From IMG/VR virus record IMGVR_UViG_3300008954_003312, positions 1-64,000 of that record: a stretch of DNA of 64,000 bases. One strand, 5' to 3'. The stretch comes from a virus. The notes below the pieces were generated by a model, which saw only the letters and a list, made by a program, of their open reading frames with translations, made no database searches and was not told the DNA's origin. Positions 39,033 to 50,300 of the stretch are shown here, one piece after another. A program made the translations under genes and the position numbers. Numbering within the stretch: position 1 is the stretch's first letter; the number at the start of each line of letters is the position of its first letter.

Positions 39033-39922
39033 TGGCAATAAAACCCTTTGAAGATAGAGGCATTGTTGATCTTGGTAAGAATGTCAATAAGTACACTATA
39101 GGATCTCAAACCGGCTCTAGCGCAACTCAAACAACAGTTCTTGATAGACTGAGACAGGGAGTGAGCATTAGGAGTGTAAGCCAGCAATACAATAGAAACC
39201 TACCGATATTGAGAAGCGCTGACCCACCAACTTTCACTGATCGTCCAACTGTGCCATATCTTGAAAAGTGTAACTATGGACAGCCGAAGCATTTTAATGA
39301 TCCCTCACCAGATGGAACCCCGTCCCCCTTTGAAGATATTGTCGGAAGGTTTACTGGAAAGGAATACATAGAGGACGCTGGTGGGACACAGATATATCCG
39401 ATAATACTTCTCAATCCAACACTCAGGGACCCGGGTCAGATGGATGGTGTGATCGAACCTCTCGATATTAGAAATACAGTCGTTAATAGCTCACTAGGCG
39501 AGCCCTATATTTTCCATTCAGTCAAGGGTGCGCTCATGTCAGGTCACAGAGACCACAGTGCAAAAGGTGCAGAGGTCATGTCTCAAATTAGGTACTTTAA
39601 AAACTCAAAAAATATTGATTTTTTTGAGGATAACAGCGAGAGATCTTTAGGTAATGTGGCAGCACCTGGATTTGTTTCTAATTTTGAAACAAAGATAAAT
39701 CCATTTATAGACTCTCAGATTTCTACTAATCCGACTGCATCTTTTTCCTTTCTTTCTGGCTCGTACAGAGATAGAGGTAAATTTGGTGTAACGTATAAGT
39801 CTGCTCATTCTGGGTTTATATTTAATCCGTCAGGTGTAGGTAATACAGATGATGAAAATGGAAGAGTTGTGTCCACAGTTCTTGGGACAGATTCCATAGC
39901 ATTCGGAGGTCTAAAGAAGTAA
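39032..39922 (+). CDS. hypothetical virion protein
   Basis: GGAGG RBS, TGATG coupling, DGVIEPLDIR and GTDSIAFGGL segments. Confidence 0.55.
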   Translation: MAIKPFEDRGIVDLGKNVNKYTIGSQTGSSATQTTVLDRLRQGVSIRSVSQQYNRNLPILRSADPPTFTDRPTVPYLEKCNYGQPKHFNDPSPDGTPSPFEDIVGRFTGKEYIEDAGGTQIYPIILLNPTLRDPGQMDGVIEPLDIRNTVVNSSLGEPYIFHSVKGALMSGHRDHSAKGAEVMSQIRYFKNSKNIDFFEDNSERSLGNVAAPGFVSNFETKINPFIDSQISTNPTASFSFLSGSYRDRGKFGVTYKSAHSGFIFNPSGVGNTDDENGRVVSTVLGTDSIAFGGLKK

Positions 39923-42675
39923 TGCCAGTTTCAGGATCAGACGGAAAGCTTAGATCAGGATTTATATCACTACCTCCTCGTGTTGTTTTACGATTTTTTG
40001 ATAACATGACCGGCTCTTACCCCACAATTGCCAGAACAGGAGACAAGGACAGACTTGGAAACTTTAGGACTTACTTTGATGATACAGATACGATAGTATT
40101 TGGAAATAGTGAAAATTTTGAATATCCAACGCTTCTTCACTCTAGATCATTTGCTTATATTGGCAGAAGAGTTGCAACTCCTCACCCTAGAAGTAGCATA
40201 ACAACTGCAGCAACCGGTGCAGCCGGAGTCAGCGATTCTGGAATCTATATTCCTGTAAAGGGTCCGCTTGTTCCTGCTTCTTCATCTTTTGACACCTTTT
40301 CACCTTTTGATGAGAGCAGGATTTTTATAAACAGATCTTCAAACTTTTGGGCAACAGGCACCAAAGAAGAAGTTAAGCCAGGATTCTCTACACCCCTCTG
40401 GAGTAAGACTCAGATATCAATTGATATATCCCCTAGGGAAAGAACTAGATTGACAAGAGCATCAGGCCATCGGAATGATCGAGGTCCGTTTATGAGCCAG
40501 AGTTTTACAGGCTTTTGCTATTACAACTTTGTAGAAAAGAGATGGGAGGAAAAAGGAATACTTGACCCAGTGAGTGATGGCTCATCTTTACATAGGCTGC
40601 AAATGTTTGACTGGGCAGCTAGGATAAATGGAGCTGTTGGAACACTAACCTCCGGAACAAGCAACTATCCTTTGCAATTCTTTCCTAGCCCGCAAAGATG
40701 GCCAGACGCCAAAGCCGATCCATCAGCATTTGGGTATAGCCGCATAGGTACACCTACCTGTACAAGCTTTGCTCCATTTGCTACGAAATATCATGCTTCT
40801 GCTAGTCAGGTTCTAAAGATGTCTGACTATATCACCAGCCCATTTCTTCTTGAAAAAATAACGCTCCAGTTGCCGATTGAGGCTCAGAAGGCTTGGAATA
40901 CAAACTCTTCTCGTGCTAGAGACATGGACAATTATACGTTTTTTCTATATCGTCAGCAGAGAAAGCCAATTGTCTCAGGGTCAGGAAATTCCTATGGATC
41001 ACCGCCTGACTCAAAGGGAGCAATTACAGGATCTCAGAGATTTTTAATTGGTAGTGGCTGTATTTGCTTTTACAATACACACGTTGAAAATGAGAGTGGA
41101 CAGGTCGTAACACCTAATTTTCAACCTATTCACACACCTGCCTTTAAGCATGCGATGGGAGCACTAAGCCCTACAGCCACAGCAATTAATAGCTTTACTG
41201 GATCAATAATAGTTCCAATAGTTCCAGCAGTTGCTAATAGGTGCTATCATGGATTTTACTATGTTGAAGACTCTACTAATGGAAAGGGTGTCGGAGTGAC
41301 TGATAGAAAGGCATATGCTCAGATCTTTAATTACTGGCCAGGTGGAAATTCAACTGAGACATTTCATGGTAGAAATTATACAGGAAAGCATCCGGTTCAA
41401 ATTGCAGCCTATGGTGCTGCAACCATACCAGAGATTGGAATATCAACAGGAAAATTTTCCACTTCAATACAAAACTTTAAGGTTGAAAAATTTGATCCAA
41501 GATCTCATAGACCATTTGGTGCAGCTTCAAGCTCAAGCTTTGATAGCACATATTATGTTACAGTTGGAGGAAAACAGTCCATTGAATCTCCATATCTTTT
41601 GTTTCCAGAAGATGAGCTAATTTTAGGGATTGATGCAGGTCTTTCAAATAATGGAACACTTGATGGAACCTCAAAGAATGCATGGAATGAACTTACGGGT
41701 TCAATGCTGACAATGATCTCTAGTGGTTCAAAAATGACTCTATTTGGATCTATGATAAGAGACGGTGTTCAGTTTCATAACGGATTAAATCAAAACTTAA
41801 CTTCTAATGCAATACATGAGTCTCTTCACTATGACAATCCCACACTTGATCAGTTTAATATTGAGAGCAGAGAGTCATATATTGGAACTTACATAGACGA
41901 CGGAATCACAGGGTCCTTTACAGAAGCGGGTATTCATGCAAGGGGAGTAATGGGCAGTTTCGCTTCAGGCACTGCCGGACCGATGACTGGATCACTTTTG
42001 AGAGGCTTAAGGACGGCCGATTCCTCTGAAAGATATTACGATACTTTAATGCCCAGTATAGAATCTATTGGAAATTCGCTTGGTCTAACTAAGTATGCAA
42101 GGTATAATGGCTCTGCTTACCCAGTTATTAATTTTGCCACTGCAGCATTTAGAAGATCTATGCCATGGCCTTACGCTGAGGGAAGAGGCGATAATAGACA
42201 AATATCTGATAATATTGGAATTCTTTTATTGAATATTGATGGATCTGCTATGCTTTCACGAGCGACTTTTAGTCATAAGCCCGTTAGAAGAATATTATTT
42301 TCAAAATATAAGTTTCTTGATCCAGAGAATGGATTGACTGCTACCTCTAGATACCAGTCAAGTGCTAATGTAACAGGCGCACTATCTTTTAACTATGGTA
42401 TCTATAATATAGATCCAAAAAATTCATCAGCTGTTTTTAGATATGATAGATACGGCCAGTTTAGAGATATGCTTGAGCAAAGACAGGACTCTAAGTTCTA
42501 TAAGCCCTTTACAGTCAGCAAGGATGGCAGATCAATATCTAAGAGAGCAATTGCCCAGTCACCAGTTTTTATAAAGTTTGTCAGTAGATCATCAGAAATA
42601 GAAATAAGCCCGTATGAGACATCACTCTTCAATAAGAGTATTGAATCCACATCTTCATATCCGTACTCTGGATAG
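39922..42675 (+). CDS. large S/T/G-rich hypothetical virion protein
   Basis: 917 aa ORF, TAATG coupling, C-terminal FRYDRYGQFRDMLEQR block. Confidence 0.55.
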   Translation: MPVSGSDGKLRSGFISLPPRVVLRFFDNMTGSYPTIARTGDKDRLGNFRTYFDDTDTIVFGNSENFEYPTLLHSRSFAYIGRRVATPHPRSSITTAATGAAGVSDSGIYIPVKGPLVPASSSFDTFSPFDESRIFINRSSNFWATGTKEEVKPGFSTPLWSKTQISIDISPRERTRLTRASGHRNDRGPFMSQSFTGFCYYNFVEKRWEEKGILDPVSDGSSLHRLQMFDWAARINGAVGTLTSGTSNYPLQFFPSPQRWPDAKADPSAFGYSRIGTPTCTSFAPFATKYHASASQVLKMSDYITSPFLLEKITLQLPIEAQKAWNTNSSRARDMDNYTFFLYRQQRKPIVSGSGNSYGSPPDSKGAITGSQRFLIGSGCICFYNTHVENESGQVVTPNFQPIHTPAFKHAMGALSPTATAINSFTGSIIVPIVPAVANRCYHGFYYVEDSTNGKGVGVTDRKAYAQIFNYWPGGNSTETFHGRNYTGKHPVQIAAYGAATIPEIGISTGKFSTSIQNFKVEKFDPRSHRPFGAASSSSFDSTYYVTVGGKQSIESPYLLFPEDELILGIDAGLSNNGTLDGTSKNAWNELTGSMLTMISSGSKMTLFGSMIRDGVQFHNGLNQNLTSNAIHESLHYDNPTLDQFNIESRESYIGTYIDDGITGSFTEAGIHARGVMGSFASGTAGPMTGSLLRGLRTADSSERYYDTLMPSIESIGNSLGLTKYARYNGSAYPVINFATAAFRRSMPWPYAEGRGDNRQISDNIGILLLNIDGSAMLSRATFSHKPVRRILFSKYKFLDPENGLTATSRYQSSANVTGALSFNYGIYNIDPKNSSAVFRYDRYGQFRDMLEQRQDSKFYKPFTVSKDGRSISKRAIAQSPVFIKFVSRSSEIEISPYETSLFNKSIESTSSYPYSG

Positions 42676-42687
42676 TTTGAGTTTGTA

Positions 42688-42694
42688 ATATTTA
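42688..42694 (+). promoter_or_regulatory. candidate late promoter ATATTTA
   Basis: Intergenic; 24 nt before ATG 42719. Confidence 0.5.
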
Positions 42695-42718
42695 TATTTG
42701 TAAAGATAAGAAAATAAA

Positions 42719-43687
42719 ATGGCCGGAATCCTAGATAAGAAAACAAGAATAATGGATAACATTATAACGCTTGCTGGAAAAAAACAAATGGCATCCGGCA
42801 GATTGCGATTTGAATTTATTTCATTCACAGATTCTGATACTTTTTACAAAGGCGATATCGTTAGTGGGTCAGCTGATGCTTCAAAGAGAATTTTCTTTGA
42901 AGCGACAAGTAAAAATCAAGACTCTATTACATTTGAAACTGATGATTCAGGAAAGCTAATTCCAAATAGCAGAATTTATGAAGGCGCATCCCTTACAACT
43001 GATGCAATTTTTTCAAAAACCACTTCAACAGAAAAATATGGAGACTATGTATATACTTCAGGTTCTGGAGATTTTGCTAGCTTATCTGGCGGAATAATTA
43101 CTGGATCTTTGGATAATTTTAAAAATCTTAGAATGCTTGGGACCAGGCTAGGAAAAGATGCTTTTAAAAATCTAAGACTTTCTACAACTGAGCTTTACTA
43201 TGAGATGACATCAGATGTTCCTTTCCCAGGAGGTACCGGTGAGGAAATAAACATAGATGCTGTCGAACCTCTCTTTATAGATAAGCGTCTTTCTCATATT
43301 GATAATTTTAAATTTCTACCCCCAGTCTTTCCGCCTGTTCCTGGATTTGATGACGGTGGTGAGCTTGGAGAATATATTAATCTAAATGAAAATGATGAGC
43401 TAACATATTCAGAAATATTGTCTGACCTATCAGACAAAGAGGCTTTTTCTATTGATTTTGAATCCACATCTGATGCTAACAATATTGTTATGCAAATGTT
43501 TGAAACAGGAAATGGAAAATTTATAAAGCTTGATGTTATAGACTTTGGAGAAGTTTACCATTCTCCGCTCACTCACGGTCTCTCTGAGGGCAGCAGCCAA
43601 AAGAGAATCTTTTTTATTGGAAAGGTTTTTCTTGATTCTCTAAAGATGCCGACATTTGTTAACTTATTTACAATGGTAATAGACTAA
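42719..43687 (+). CDS. virion protein, paralogous N-terminus to 53055..53756
   Basis: MAGILDKK...D.IIT..GKK.MA.G......SF.D....Y...FEA resembles MGFLDNS...DAVLT..GRE.LA......FALGD...Y...FEA. Confidence 0.55.
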   Translation: MAGILDKKTRIMDNIITLAGKKQMASGRLRFEFISFTDSDTFYKGDIVSGSADASKRIFFEATSKNQDSITFETDDSGKLIPNSRIYEGASLTTDAIFSKTTSTEKYGDYVYTSGSGDFASLSGGIITGSLDNFKNLRMLGTRLGKDAFKNLRLSTTELYYEMTSDVPFPGGTGEEINIDAVEPLFIDKRLSHIDNFKFLPPVFPPVPGFDDGGELGEYINLNENDELTYSEILSDLSDKEAFSIDFESTSDANNIVMQMFETGNGKFIKLDVIDFGEVYHSPLTHGLSEGSSQKRIFFIGKVFLDSLKMPTFVNLFTMVID

Positions 43688-46398
43688 TGAAAGTAAAAGA
43701 TTCAGGAATAACAGGTGTCTTGCTTGACACAGATTCAACATTGGTTTCTGATATCAGCTCAGTTAGTGTCGGAGAAGATGGAATAAGACTATTCAACTAT
43801 ACCTTCAGAGTAAGGGTTGATATGAGAGGAGGTGTTCTTTTTAATAGACTTCGATTCTCTTTATACTCACAATCTCCTAAAAAATCAGCAAGATCAGTAG
43901 CTAGAATTGGAACCCAAAGCCCATCTGATGTCATTGATGCTATCAACACAGAGACCAAGAGAAGAAGAGTATCTATAACGTCAAACTTTAATAAATTTTT
44001 AATAGCTCATAGAGAAGTAGACTTAATTTCTAGCATTAGTAATACTACTGTTGGACGTGTTCCTGTTTTGACTGATGATCAGGCATTTGGATTTCGAAGA
44101 AAGAGTGAGCTAGTTACACCTAAAAGTGTTTCATTAAATTCATCTCTTTCAAACATTCCTGTTTTAGAAGAGATTGTACCAGAAAAGATAACATCCAAAA
44201 ATAATCTAGGTGTTAAAGATAATTTTTTTAAAATACTAAGAAATGGAAGAGATCCCGCTGAGGCATTTTTAGAATCTAGTTTTAGATCTAGAGTTCATAC
44301 AACTAAAGAAAGAATGCAAGGATATTCAAATAAATCACAAAATATTTTATTTGATCAAACACTTGAGATTGCTGCTCGATCTCTTCGAAGATCTTTTGAG
44401 ACAAATGAGAAAGTCATTAACAAGATTGAAAATGAATCAGGAAGTGAGGAGAGACAGATTTATCAAAAAGATAATAGCTTTTCTCAGTTCAAGTCAAGTG
44501 ATTTGATTCCTGTAGAATCTAAAGAGATAGATAGAGAGAAATTAGTTGATGTTAATTTTGTAATTTCTGAATCTAAAATACCAGTTTCAAGAAAGCTCTT
44601 TCTCAAGGCAGAGATTGTTGATAGCAATAATCTAATACAGCAGACTAAAACTTTTTTAATTGATCACGGTAGTAATATTTCTATTTTTGAAATGCCCCGC
44701 GAAGAACCTGAGATCAAAGTAAAGAATCTAGGAAATGGAAAATACTCTATAGAATGCTATACATCAGATCAAAATATTAATTCTATAAAAGTGTATGCCA
44801 AAATCTTGAATGAAACTACTAATACTAATTTTTCATTTTTTGAAATTGCAGATCTTAGCTTGAAGCCTAGTAGATATAAAGTCAAGGCTGATTCAAATCA
44901 AAAGGGCGGATTTGTACCAGCTGCCTGTGTTGAAAAAAAGAATAGAGCTACATCAAGGGAATATTCTCAAAAAATGGCTTCTTTTTCTTATAACACATCA
45001 ACACTTTCACCAGTTTTGTTTCGAGCAGTAGGTGTAAATAAGTCTGGCACACCTATGTCTAATTTTAGTAGCTCAAGCTGCTCTCTATCCAAATACACAG
45101 CTAGACATGTTTGTATTTTTGGTAGAATTATGAGAGAAGGTATTAATATCTCTGTTTCAAATATACCCTCTGGCGTTGTTTTGATTGAATTTTTAAGAAA
45201 GAATTTATCGAGACACGAAAGAGAATTTTATCCTATACCAATTATAAATGACATTCCTACAACGGAGTCTACAACACAAAAGGATTCTATTGGATCAGAC
45301 ATAGTTACATTTTTCGATGAAAATGTTATTGAAGATCATTTGTATGAATATGGTGTTATGATGACGTATTTAAACGGAGATAGAGTTTTATCTACAGGAA
45401 CATTTATTGATACATTTAAGCCTCCATCTGGTATATCTGAAGTTAGAGTCACAAATACGTCTATGGGATCCAGGGCAGGAAAAAAGAAAAAAGCTTCTAT
45501 TTCTATGAATATTGATCTAGTAAATTCTGATAGTCTTTTTGATTTCATTATATCTGGAATGGATGAATATCAAAAATCATTATTCTCAAATGAAATCAAT
45601 CAAATTAAAGATGTTTTAGGAAGATCATCTAGAATAGAGGTTGTTAGGACAAATTTAACAACTGGTGAAATAAGTCTAGAAATGATAACACCAGGTGAGT
45701 TTGTAGATGATGGAACTAAGTTCGGAGGCTCGGGCCCCAATCAATTAAATTCATATTCTTATAGGTTTGAGCCTTTAATAATATCTCCTACAGAAATTAT
45801 TAAAGATATTGAGATAAGTCAAGATATTGATCAAAATTCAAATATGAAAGATCCAAGAAATAGAACTGCTGCAGCTAGAAAGTCTGAGGCTAACAAAAGA
45901 GAGCATTCAACAGCTCAGAAAAATCAAGATACCAAATCTTCTGGAAAAAACTACACTGATAAATTTTACTCTGAAAAAGCTCTTCTTGAGGGAACACTTG
46001 ACTACGGAATCAAGAGAAGTGGGTTTGATGCCGGGAGAACAGGAGACTTTACATATGTTAGTATTCCTGGTAAGTATTCAAATCCCACTATGGGTAACAT
46101 CAATGTTAGACAGATCTCTCTAAACGGATTGAATGATATTGCTTTGACATGGAGAGGAAGAAGTACAGAATTAATTGATCACTTTATCATAGCAGCTGAG
46201 GTCTTGGGTGCTAAGCTGGTGATCGGAGCTGCTCATAATGTATCAAAATCAGGGACTTATACGTACATATCAAAAGATTTTAGAGACTTTATTGGAGGTG
46301 TGAAGTTTCACATAACACCAATTTTAAATAGTGGACTACCTTTAAGCACAATTTCAACAGAAACAATAGTTATCAATGAGGTTCCAATTGACAATTAA
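43687..46398 (+). CDS. large hypothetical structural protein with FN3/Ig-like segments
   Basis: RKNL...FFDENV....YEYGV and LTW....IDHFII segments; TAATG coupling. Confidence 0.5.
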   Translation: MKVKDSGITGVLLDTDSTLVSDISSVSVGEDGIRLFNYTFRVRVDMRGGVLFNRLRFSLYSQSPKKSARSVARIGTQSPSDVIDAINTETKRRRVSITSNFNKFLIAHREVDLISSISNTTVGRVPVLTDDQAFGFRRKSELVTPKSVSLNSSLSNIPVLEEIVPEKITSKNNLGVKDNFFKILRNGRDPAEAFLESSFRSRVHTTKERMQGYSNKSQNILFDQTLEIAARSLRRSFETNEKVINKIENESGSEERQIYQKDNSFSQFKSSDLIPVESKEIDREKLVDVNFVISESKIPVSRKLFLKAEIVDSNNLIQQTKTFLIDHGSNISIFEMPREEPEIKVKNLGNGKYSIECYTSDQNINSIKVYAKILNETTNTNFSFFEIADLSLKPSRYKVKADSNQKGGFVPAACVEKKNRATSREYSQKMASFSYNTSTLSPVLFRAVGVNKSGTPMSNFSSSSCSLSKYTARHVCIFGRIMREGINISVSNIPSGVVLIEFLRKNLSRHEREFYPIPIINDIPTTESTTQKDSIGSDIVTFFDENVIEDHLYEYGVMMTYLNGDRVLSTGTFIDTFKPPSGISEVRVTNTSMGSRAGKKKKASISMNIDLVNSDSLFDFIISGMDEYQKSLFSNEINQIKDVLGRSSRIEVVRTNLTTGEISLEMITPGEFVDDGTKFGGSGPNQLNSYSYRFEPLIISPTEIIKDIEISQDIDQNSNMKDPRNRTAAARKSEANKREHSTAQKNQDTKSSGKNYTDKFYSEKALLEGTLDYGIKRSGFDAGRTGDFTYVSIPGKYSNPTMGNINVRQISLNGLNDIALTWRGRSTELIDHFIIAAEVLGAKLVIGAAHNVSKSGTYTYISKDFRDFIGGVKFHITPILNSGLPLSTISTETIVINEVPIDN

Positions 46399-47110
46399 AA
46401 CCATTGACTATGCCGGATCTAAGCTCTCTGTCCAGTCTGCAACAAGGACATCAGGAGCTCAGAGATCAGGTGGCTCGTCTGCTACAGTTCAAACTAGTGT
46501 ATTAACAAATTTAGAAAAATATACATCTAATGCAGTACAGTCGTCTCTTTTAATCAATGAATCAACACTTGATTCAGGAAAGATTAGTACATCAGGAAAA
46601 GTTAATTCTCTTGCAAATTTTTCAAGAATGACCCCCTCAGGTGATTTGATGTCATCTGTTCTTGCTGCTGGTGGAATGAATTCTCTTTATGATCAGATGA
46701 GACTTGAGTACGCCTCTTCAGGAAGATCGATTTCTCAGATTGAAATAGGGGATGTTCAGACGGTATCTAGTGATACTTCTGACACAGCTGCTTCAGATGT
46801 GACAACGATCTATCAAGATGTTATATCTTCTAATATGCTAATGAATAGAGGCTTTGATCCTACAAGATCATCTATTATAGGATCATTTGAATTTATTCCC
46901 ATAGCAGATGAGATCGAGACAAATGATCAAACACTGCTTTACGATTTTACACCTACAACATGTCTTCTATTAGTTGATATGCAATCCATAACACAGCAAA
47001 CTAGATTATTTACTGTAAGCACGATTATCTATAGCCTCGGAGGTCTTGCAGATGATGATTCAGCACAGTCCTCCAGTAGTGCAGATTACTCAGGTTATAG
47101 CACAGATTAG
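46388..47110 (+). CDS. S/T-rich hypothetical protein
   Basis: Open ORF; start TTG 46388 or ATG 46376, GAGGT upstream. Confidence 0.5.
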   Translation: MTIKTIDYAGSKLSVQSATRTSGAQRSGGSSATVQTSVLTNLEKYTSNAVQSSLLINESTLDSGKISTSGKVNSLANFSRMTPSGDLMSSVLAAGGMNSLYDQMRLEYASSGRSISQIEIGDVQTVSSDTSDTAASDVTTIYQDVISSNMLMNRGFDPTRSSIIGSFEFIPIADEIETNDQTLLYDFTPTTCLLLVDMQSITQQTRLFTVSTIIYSLGGLADDDSAQSSSSADYSGYSTD

Positions 47111-47124
47111 GAGACTATATTATA

Positions 47125-47337
47125 ATGCCATCCAAAGATAGCCCAGGAAGAAGAAGAAGGCAGACTGATTTTAAAGAAAACGTTCGAAATGCATCCAAGA
47201 GACTGAACTTTAAGAGACAAAATGGTCAAAAATCTAAATCATCTTCTCAAAATATTAAAAAGTCTTTGAGAAGATTATCAAAAAGCGCAATCTCAATTAA
47301 TAGCTCAGTTAAAAATCAGCTGAATAGGAGAAAATAG
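47125..47337 (+). CDS. small, very basic protein
   Basis: AGGAG upstream; fills the gap between neighbours exactly; about 22 K/R versus 3 D/E in 70 aa. Confidence 0.5.
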   Translation: MPSKDSPGRRRRQTDFKENVRNASKRLNFKRQNGQKSKSSSQNIKKSLRRLSKSAISINSSVKNQLNRRK

Positions 47338-47339
47338 AC

Positions 47340-50300
47340 ATGGCTGTAAAAACATCATTTGATGATGCTTTAATTGATGATTCTTTAGCAGGTGAGTCAT
47401 TTGATAATGAAATACAGTCTCTAATAGCAGAAAATTCTGTGCTACGGGCAGATACAGATCAAGTTTTAGATAATTTAACAAACATTCTTAGTTCAATTAA
47501 CGCTATTCTTAACTCTCTAAATATAAAGTTTGGTTCTTACATAACAAGCTCTTCATTAGTTGATGAGATGTATTCTAATCTAGGGGTTGATGAAGAATTA
47601 TACACTAATGCCAGTGACTCTTTGACATTGCAAGAGTATTTTACTCAAGTAATGGGTTTCTCTGAGGAAAAAATTGGATATATGTCTTGTACAGCAATGT
47701 TTATCCAGCTTTTAAATGATCTAAGAAACTCAATATCGACTTGCTCACCTGGGCTTGTTACAGCTGATGGTAGCTCGAGTGACTATACGCAGCATGGAGA
47801 AAGAGATGCAGCTTTTACTGATCGGACTGGTACCAGTGTCGCCGGTGTTGAGCATACATATTCAGAGAGAGTCATAGGAAATCTTAAGTCACATCTAGTA
47901 CAGAGCCCTTCTGGTCTCTATGATGGGCTATCACGTGTCAGTGCAGTCATAGAGGGCATCTTTGAATCAGGCCAGTGGCAGACTGGCGGATCACCCTCTA
48001 TCGGCAGCGAATCTGGAGAGTCTTCTGTTTCTGATATCCAAGAGGGTCTTTCTGATATTGGAGATGATCCAACGGGAATCGCAGCTTATCTTTTATATGT
48101 TACTAGAGACTTTATTAAGCATGTATCGCTTCAGTCGACTGGAATCAGGTCTGCTTTAAAGAGCTATATAAGTGTAACTGATAACACAACGATTGAAGAG
48201 ATACATACTGCAGTATTTGGAGATACTGGAGGAGAATCTGGTAAGCGTATTTTAGGTTACGGTCTTGAGACAACAGAGGGTGCTTCTGGTCAGCCTGAAA
48301 CAGCAATATATAGTGATATTATTATGCAAAGCTGGTCTTCTGAGATGAAGTCTTCAGAGTCTACTAATCCGGTTAATTATCTTCCGTTTGATAGATATTC
48401 TCTGATCACTGCAGATTCAGCTTATCTTCCAGCTATTCAAATCTTTATTAATCATATGCTTACAGAGTCTGGGACATCGGGATCTACGCTTTTAAATCCA
48501 AGAAGATTTGTTGCTTTTTCTAATAGAATTTCAAAAAAAATCTCTAATATAACAACATATGTTAAGAATATTATCTTAGCCAGAGGTGCATCAGAGTATA
48601 ACTCTGCTAAGCTTTTTGAGATTTGTGTTAAAAAATTTCAAGGTGTGCTTGAGTCTAGATATACTGGATCTGGTGAAGAAATCAATAAAACAGATCTAAC
48701 TAGAATGTTTATACTCTTACTTGCAGAAAAAGATGAAGATGTTGATAACGCTCTTTTAGATTTCTTGCTAATCCGAAGCACATTTAAGCGAAAGTGGAGT
48801 TCGGGAACAGGATACCCTACAGCTGAAGGCAAAGAGAATGACACTAGCCTGCTCGGTTCCGATGAGCGATTCCGAGCCGGGGTTGCTTCTATTACAGATG
48901 ACAGCATCACCTGGAGTGATTTGGAAACAGCTTATTATACAGCTGCTGCAACACTTGCAAATGCTGTTAGGGAATCTGCTGCATTCGGCGCACTTCATAG
49001 TTCCGGCGGGACAGTTCCGGCTGGAACAGAGATATTTGATGACTTAGCTATTGTAAAAAGAACCTTCAGCTCAGCAGATCCCTTTAGAGAGGGTGGCATA
49101 GATATTGGTGAAGATGATTCTTCCGCCTTGCAGAATGATCTTGAGTATGATTCTATTATTCGTGCAATAGCCTACGATCATGGTGAAGGTAATGATCTTT
49201 TTGATATTCTTTGGGTTTGTGTTAATGCCTTTCAAAGTGCAATTATGAATAGGTACCAGACATTAAGTGGATTTGATTCACCCATAGAGAATGGCGATAT
49301 TTTGACATATCAGTCAGATGAAATAAACAGATATGGTCGTGAGACTGCAGTATACATTTTCTTTAAGAAGTTTCTTTCAGAAACTATTCGAATAACTTTT
49401 AATAGGGGTGTTGATAACGAGTATAATGAAGAGCCATCGGGTGCCGATGCCCATGGCGATAATGAACCGGCTTACTACACATTTAGAGAGGGTGTATTTA
49501 TCTTTCTAAGCAATGTAATTTTAGAAAGCTATGAATCTATAGATAGTGTTAGTCAAAATCTTGACTACTGGGAATCGGAATGGCTCGGCGGTGGTGAAGG
49601 ACAAATAGAAGGAGATAGATCAGAGTTATTAAGCGCTGCTACTGATAGAGCATCTTACTTAGGATCAATCTATAGCTCATTAGTCAATGAAGATGCAAAG
49701 TGCATTAATCTTTTGCATTACTTAAACTCCATTTCAGATGAAATGGCGTCTGCCTCTAATCAGGTTCAGACAATGGTGGGGCTGCTCCCAACACCTGGGT
49801 TTAATGTTTCAGACGACGTCCTTGCCTTTTTAAAGCAACATCCCCAGGGTCAAAATATGCTTCTCACACTAACTAGAGATTCTCTAATGACTTCAAAGTA
49901 TCTTCACAAGGGGTTTCAAGATCACAGGCAGTACGATTATCAGGTTGCTATAAAGAACTTTGACGCTGAACAGATTTCAAACATGGTCCAGGCACTTTCC
50001 AATGATCTATCATCATACTTACCGAATGTAGGTATCCAATATGATTTTGTACCATCTGCATCTCAAGATAGAAAGAAGATCCTAGTTGTTGGTATCCCAG
50101 CCGGTGTTGCTGAATACCTTAGATATAAGGGTGCGTGGCTGGGAAATGATAGCAGATATCTTGACAGCACATATTTAAAGATTACAGTCTATAGGCGAAA
50201 TCTTCAGGATGATTCGGAGACTTCTATTCCTAAGGAGTTTTACTTTGATATGTCATCATATCTTCTTGAAGGCCTAGCAGGTGTTGATGATTCTGCGTCA

